Position numbers and translations under genes: made by a program. From Competibacteraceae bacterium UBA6584 (lineage in GTDB: Bacteria; Pseudomonadota; Gammaproteobacteria; Competibacterales; Competibacteraceae): a stretch of DNA of 64,000 nt. Below, in pieces: positions 60,732-64,000 of this stretch; the stretch's first letter is position 1; every line of letters starts with the position of its first letter. The DNA lies in the NCBI GenBank assembly GCA_002433805.1, contig DJIW01000128.1, positions 15,472-79,471 of the forward strand, given 5' to 3'. Under the pieces are notes generated by a model. It had not been told where the DNA came from. It saw nothing but the letters and a program-made list of their open reading frames with translations, and made no database searches.

Positions 60732-61484
60732 TTAACAGCCCGCCTTGGCAATCGCCAGAAACTCCTTGGCCTCAAGCGACGCGCCGCCGATCAAGCCGCC
60801 GTCGATGTCGGCCATGGCCAACAATTCGCCGGCATTGGCCGCCTTCATGCTGCCGCCGTAGAGAATCCGGGTCTGACCGGCCACCTTGGCGTCCAGCGCG
60901 GCCAGCTTGGCGCGGATGAAGGCGTGCACGTCCTGGGCCTGGGCGGAGGTCGCGGTCTTGCCGGTGCCAATGGCCCAGACCGGCTCGTAGGCGATGACCG
61001 CCTCGCCGAACGCGCCGATGCCTTCTAAATCGAGCACCGCCTTGAGCTGGCGCTCGACCACGGACTCGGTAATGCCCTTCTCGCGCTCCTCCAGGGTTTC
61101 GCCGACGCACAGAATCGGCTTGATCCCCACCTTGCGGGCGGCGGCGAACTTGTTGGCGACCGCCTGATCGGATTCGCCGTACAAGGTGCGCCGCTCCGAA
61201 TGGCCGACGATCGCGTAAGCGCAACCGAAATCCTTCAACATCGGACCGGCCACCTCGCCGGTATAGGCGCCCGAGGCGTGTTCCGACAGCGTTTGCGCGC
61301 CCCAGGCGACGGCGGAGCCATGCAACTGCTGCTGGACTTGCGCCAAATAGACAAAAGGCGAGAACACCGCCAGCTCGACGGCCGAAACTCCGGCGGCGCC
61401 ATCGCGGATACCCTGTAACAACCCGCGGATACTCTCCGCCGAACCATTCATCTTCCAGTTTCCGGCCACCAATTTACGGCGCAT
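60732..61484 (-). CDS. tpiA: Triosephosphate isomerase
   Basis: AGNWKM, GHSERR, AYEPVWAIGTG, GGASL. Confidence 0.97.
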   Translation of the reverse strand: MRRKLVAGNWKMNGSAESIRGLLQGIRDGAAGVSAVELAVFSPFVYLAQVQQQLHGSAVAWGAQTLSEHASGAYTGEVAGPMLKDFGCAYAIVGHSERRTLYGESDQAVANKFAAARKVGIKPILCVGETLEEREKGITESVVERQLKAVLDLEGIGAFGEAVIAYEPVWAIGTGKTATSAQAQDVHAFIRAKLAALDAKVAGQTRILYGGSMKAANAGELLAMADIDGGLIGGASLEAKEFLAIAKAGC

Positions 61485-61543
61485 GTTTTTATCTCCGGCT
61501 TAGAAATCTGCGAAAGCTTACGGATTCCACCTGGGGAAATCAA

Positions 61544-62881
61544 TCACGCCGACAGGGTCTCGCGCACCACGCCGGCCAATTCGCGGGCTTGGCGTTCGAC
61601 CGCGCCGGCGTCGGGACCTTCCACCATGACTCGCACCACCGGCTCGGTTCCCGACGACCGCAACAGCACCCGACCGTGCTCGCCCAACTGGCTCTCCATC
61701 GCCTTGATCGCGTCTTGGATCGGCGGGCGCTGCAAATCGACCTCGCCGGTCACCGAGACGTTGATCAAGACTTGCGGATATTTGGTCATTCCGGCCTTGA
61801 GATCGTGCAAGCTTTTGCCGGATTGCAGCATCGCCGTCACCACCTGCAACGCGGAGATGATGCCGTCGCCGGTCGAGGTCCGATCCAGGCAGATGATGTG
61901 GCCGGAGTTTTCGCCGCCCAGGATCAATTTCTCGGCCAGCAGCCGCTCCATCACGTAGCGGTCGCCGACCTTGGCGCGATGCAGGTCAAGACCCAAGGCC
62001 CGCAGCGCGATCTCCAGACCCAAATTGGTCATCAGCGTGCCGACCACGGCGTTAAAGCGGCTGCCGGTGCGCAAGCGGTCGCGGGCGATGATGAACATCA
62101 GTTCGTCGCCGTCGAGGATGTCGCCCCGATGGTCCACCATGATGACCCGGTCGCCGTCGCCGTCGAAGGCGATGCCGAGATCCGCGCCCTGCTGCAACAC
62201 CGTCTCGCGCAGGTTCTCCGGCTTGGTGGAGCCGCAATCCTGATTGATGTTCAAGCCATCGGGCGAGACGCTGATCGGAATGACGCTCGCCCCCATTTCG
62301 CCGAACACGCTGGGGGCGATGTGATAGGTCGCGCCATGCGCGCAGTCCAGCACGATTTTCAGGCTGGAGAAACTGGTCCAGGACGGGACGGTGCTCTTGC
62401 AAAATTCGATGTAGCGGCCGGCGGCATCGACGATGCGCTCCGCTTTGCCCAAGGCGTCCGGACCGACCGTTTCAAACGGCCGTTCCAACAAGTCCTCAAT
62501 CCGCTCCTCGGTGTCGTCGGGCAGTTTTTGGCCGTCGCGAGAGAAGAATTTAATCCCGTTGTCGTAATAGGGATTGTGCGAGGCGCTGACCACGATACCG
62601 GCGCAGGCCCGCAAGGTGCGGGTCAAATAGGCGATGGCCGGCGTCGGCATCGGACCCAATAGCGCGATATTGACGCCGGCCGCCGACAGGCCGGCTTCCA
62701 GGGCCGATTCGAACATGTAGCCGGAAATTCGGGTGTCCTTGCCGATCACGATCCGATTGAAACCCTTGCTTTGAAGCGCCCGTCCGACCGCCCAACCCAA
62801 TTTCAGCATGAATTCAGCCGTGATCGGCCGTTCGCCCACCCGTCCGCGTATTCCATCGGTGCCAAAATACCGCTTTCCCAT
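61544..62881 (-). CDS. glmM: Phosphoglucosamine mutase
   Basis: [26 protein letters not shown]; ATG at 62881. Confidence 0.96.
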   Translation of the reverse strand: MGKRYFGTDGIRGRVGERPITAEFMLKLGWAVGRALQSKGFNRIVIGKDTRISGYMFESALEAGLSAAGVNIALLGPMPTPAIAYLTRTLRACAGIVVSASHNPYYDNGIKFFSRDGQKLPDDTEERIEDLLERPFETVGPDALGKAERIVDAAGRYIEFCKSTVPSWTSFSSLKIVLDCAHGATYHIAPSVFGEMGASVIPISVSPDGLNINQDCGSTKPENLRETVLQQGADLGIAFDGDGDRVIMVDHRGDILDGDELMFIIARDRLRTGSRFNAVVGTLMTNLGLEIALRALGLDLHRAKVGDRYVMERLLAEKLILGGENSGHIICLDRTSTGDGIISALQVVTAMLQSGKSLHDLKAGMTKYPQVLINVSVTGEVDLQRPPIQDAIKAMESQLGEHGRVLLRSSGTEPVVRVMVEGPDAGAVERQARELAGVVRETLSA

Positions 62882-62963
62882 ACCGTCTTCTCCAATAACC
62901 AACCGATGCCCATTATACAGAGGGCCGGAACTCTCGAAAGCGCGCGGGCTCGGCAATGCCGCC

Positions 62964-63794
62964 TCAAGCGGCGGCGGCCGCCGCCGCGCAAACGCGCAAG
63001 GCTTGAACGGTTTCCCGCACGTCGTGCGCCCGGATCACGCGCGCGCCCTGCCACGCCGCGATCACCGCCGCCGCCAGACTGCCGCTCAGCCGCTCGCCGG
63101 CCGGCGCATCCAGCAGCGCGCCGATCATGCTTTTGCGGGAGACGCCGATCAAAACGCCGGCGGCCAGATCCAGGAACCGATCCAGATGGCGCAGCAAAGA
63201 GAGGTTGTGGGCCAAGCTTTTGCCAAAGCCGAAGCCGGGATCGACCAAAATCCGCTCTCGCGGGATGCCGGCGGCCTCACACAGCCGAAGCCGTTCGGCC
63301 AGAAAATCGCGAACCTCGGTCACCACCTCGTCGTAGCGCGGCGCGTGCTGCATGTCGCCCGGCTCGCCCCGCATGTGCATCAAGCAAACCGGAACGCCGG
63401 CGGCGGCGGCGGCTTCGAGCGCGCCCGGCGCGCGCAGCGCCCGCACGTCGTTGATCAGGCCCGCGCCGGCGGCAACCGCCGCGCGCATCAGCTCCGGCTT
63501 GCTGGTGTCGACCGAGATCGGAACCGCTAACGCGCCCGACAGGCGTTCCACCAGCGGCAAGACCCGATCCAGTTCTTCCTGAATCGAAACCGCCGCCGCC
63601 CCCGGCCGGGTGGACTCGCCGCCGATGTCGATAATCGCCGCGCCTTCGGCCGCCATGGCCTCGGCGCGGCGGCGGGCGTCATCGAGCTTCAGATAGCGTC
63701 CGCCGTCGGAAAAAGAATCGGGGGTGACATTGAGCACCCCCATCACCACCGGCCCGCCGAGATCGAGCCGCTTGCCCGCGCAATCGAGCAGCAT
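62964..63794 (-). CDS. folP: Dihydropteroate synthase
   Basis: [34 protein letters not shown]. Confidence 0.96.
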   Translation of the reverse strand: MLLDCAGKRLDLGGPVVMGVLNVTPDSFSDGGRYLKLDDARRRAEAMAAEGAAIIDIGGESTRPGAAAVSIQEELDRVLPLVERLSGALAVPISVDTSKPELMRAAVAAGAGLINDVRALRAPGALEAAAAAGVPVCLMHMRGEPGDMQHAPRYDEVVTEVRDFLAERLRLCEAAGIPRERILVDPGFGFGKSLAHNLSLLRHLDRFLDLAAGVLIGVSRKSMIGALLDAPAGERLSGSLAAAVIAAWQGARVIRAHDVRETVQALRVCAAAAAAA

Positions 63795-63797
63795 GCG

Positions 63798-64000
63798 TCA
63801 ATGCAAAGGCGCGGGTCCGCCGATTTTGCCGTCGCCCGTCCGCTCCTTGTCCTTGCCCAGATCGACTCCGCTGGAAGGCGGTTCTCCATCGCCTCCGACC
63901 TCCGCCGGTTCGCGCGGCGCCCGCCCGGCCATGATATCGTCGATCTGCTCGGAGTCGATGGTCTCGAATTTGATCAGCGCATCGGCCATGGTGTGCAGCT
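63798..64000 (-). CDS. ftsH: ATP-dependent zinc metalloprotease FtsH, 3' end (truncated by window end)
   Basis: LHTMADALIKFETID...IDDIM.GR..REP C-terminus; canonical ftsH-folP-glmM-tpiA-secG order. Confidence 0.88.
   Translation of the reverse strand, partial: LHTMADALIKFETIDSEQIDDIMAGRAPREPAEVGGDGEPPSSGVDLGKDKERTGDGKIGGPAPLH

Overview
GC-rich gammaproteobacterial chromosome segment. Gene content and order suggest Chromatiales/Competibacteraceae, but that is inference. In order: (1) a polyol uptake and catabolism operon (smoEFGK-like ABC transporter, ribitol-type SDR, HAD phosphatase, mannitol/arabitol dehydrogenase, xylB, tkt, PPi-dependent PFK); (2) an LPS/envelope block (aldo-keto reductase, FAD oxidoreductase, hldE, msbA, a small Rmf/CrpP-like ORF, a Sel1 protein and an MltD-like lipoprotein); (3) sseA-rlmJ with a complete AmmeMemoRadiSAM system and a TIGR04282/TIGR04283-type glycosyltransferase pair; (4) tRNA-Ala(CGC) followed by a ~12.9 kb integrase-less defence island (Fic remnant, extended HsdM, HsdS, YhcG nuclease, HsdR with an altered helicase motif V, YgjP/M48 protein, multi-domain McrB, McrC); (5) core genes ttcA, DUF465, DUF349, EamA, prk, DUF2818, nuoA-N, tRNA-Leu(GAG), secG, tpiA, glmM, folP and the 3' end of ftsH. 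No CRISPR array, rRNA, IS or prophage was seen. The best candidates for new biology are the defence island and the AmmeMemoRadiSAM/RNA-modification neighbourhood. All family assignments are from motif recognition by eye; no database searches were run.
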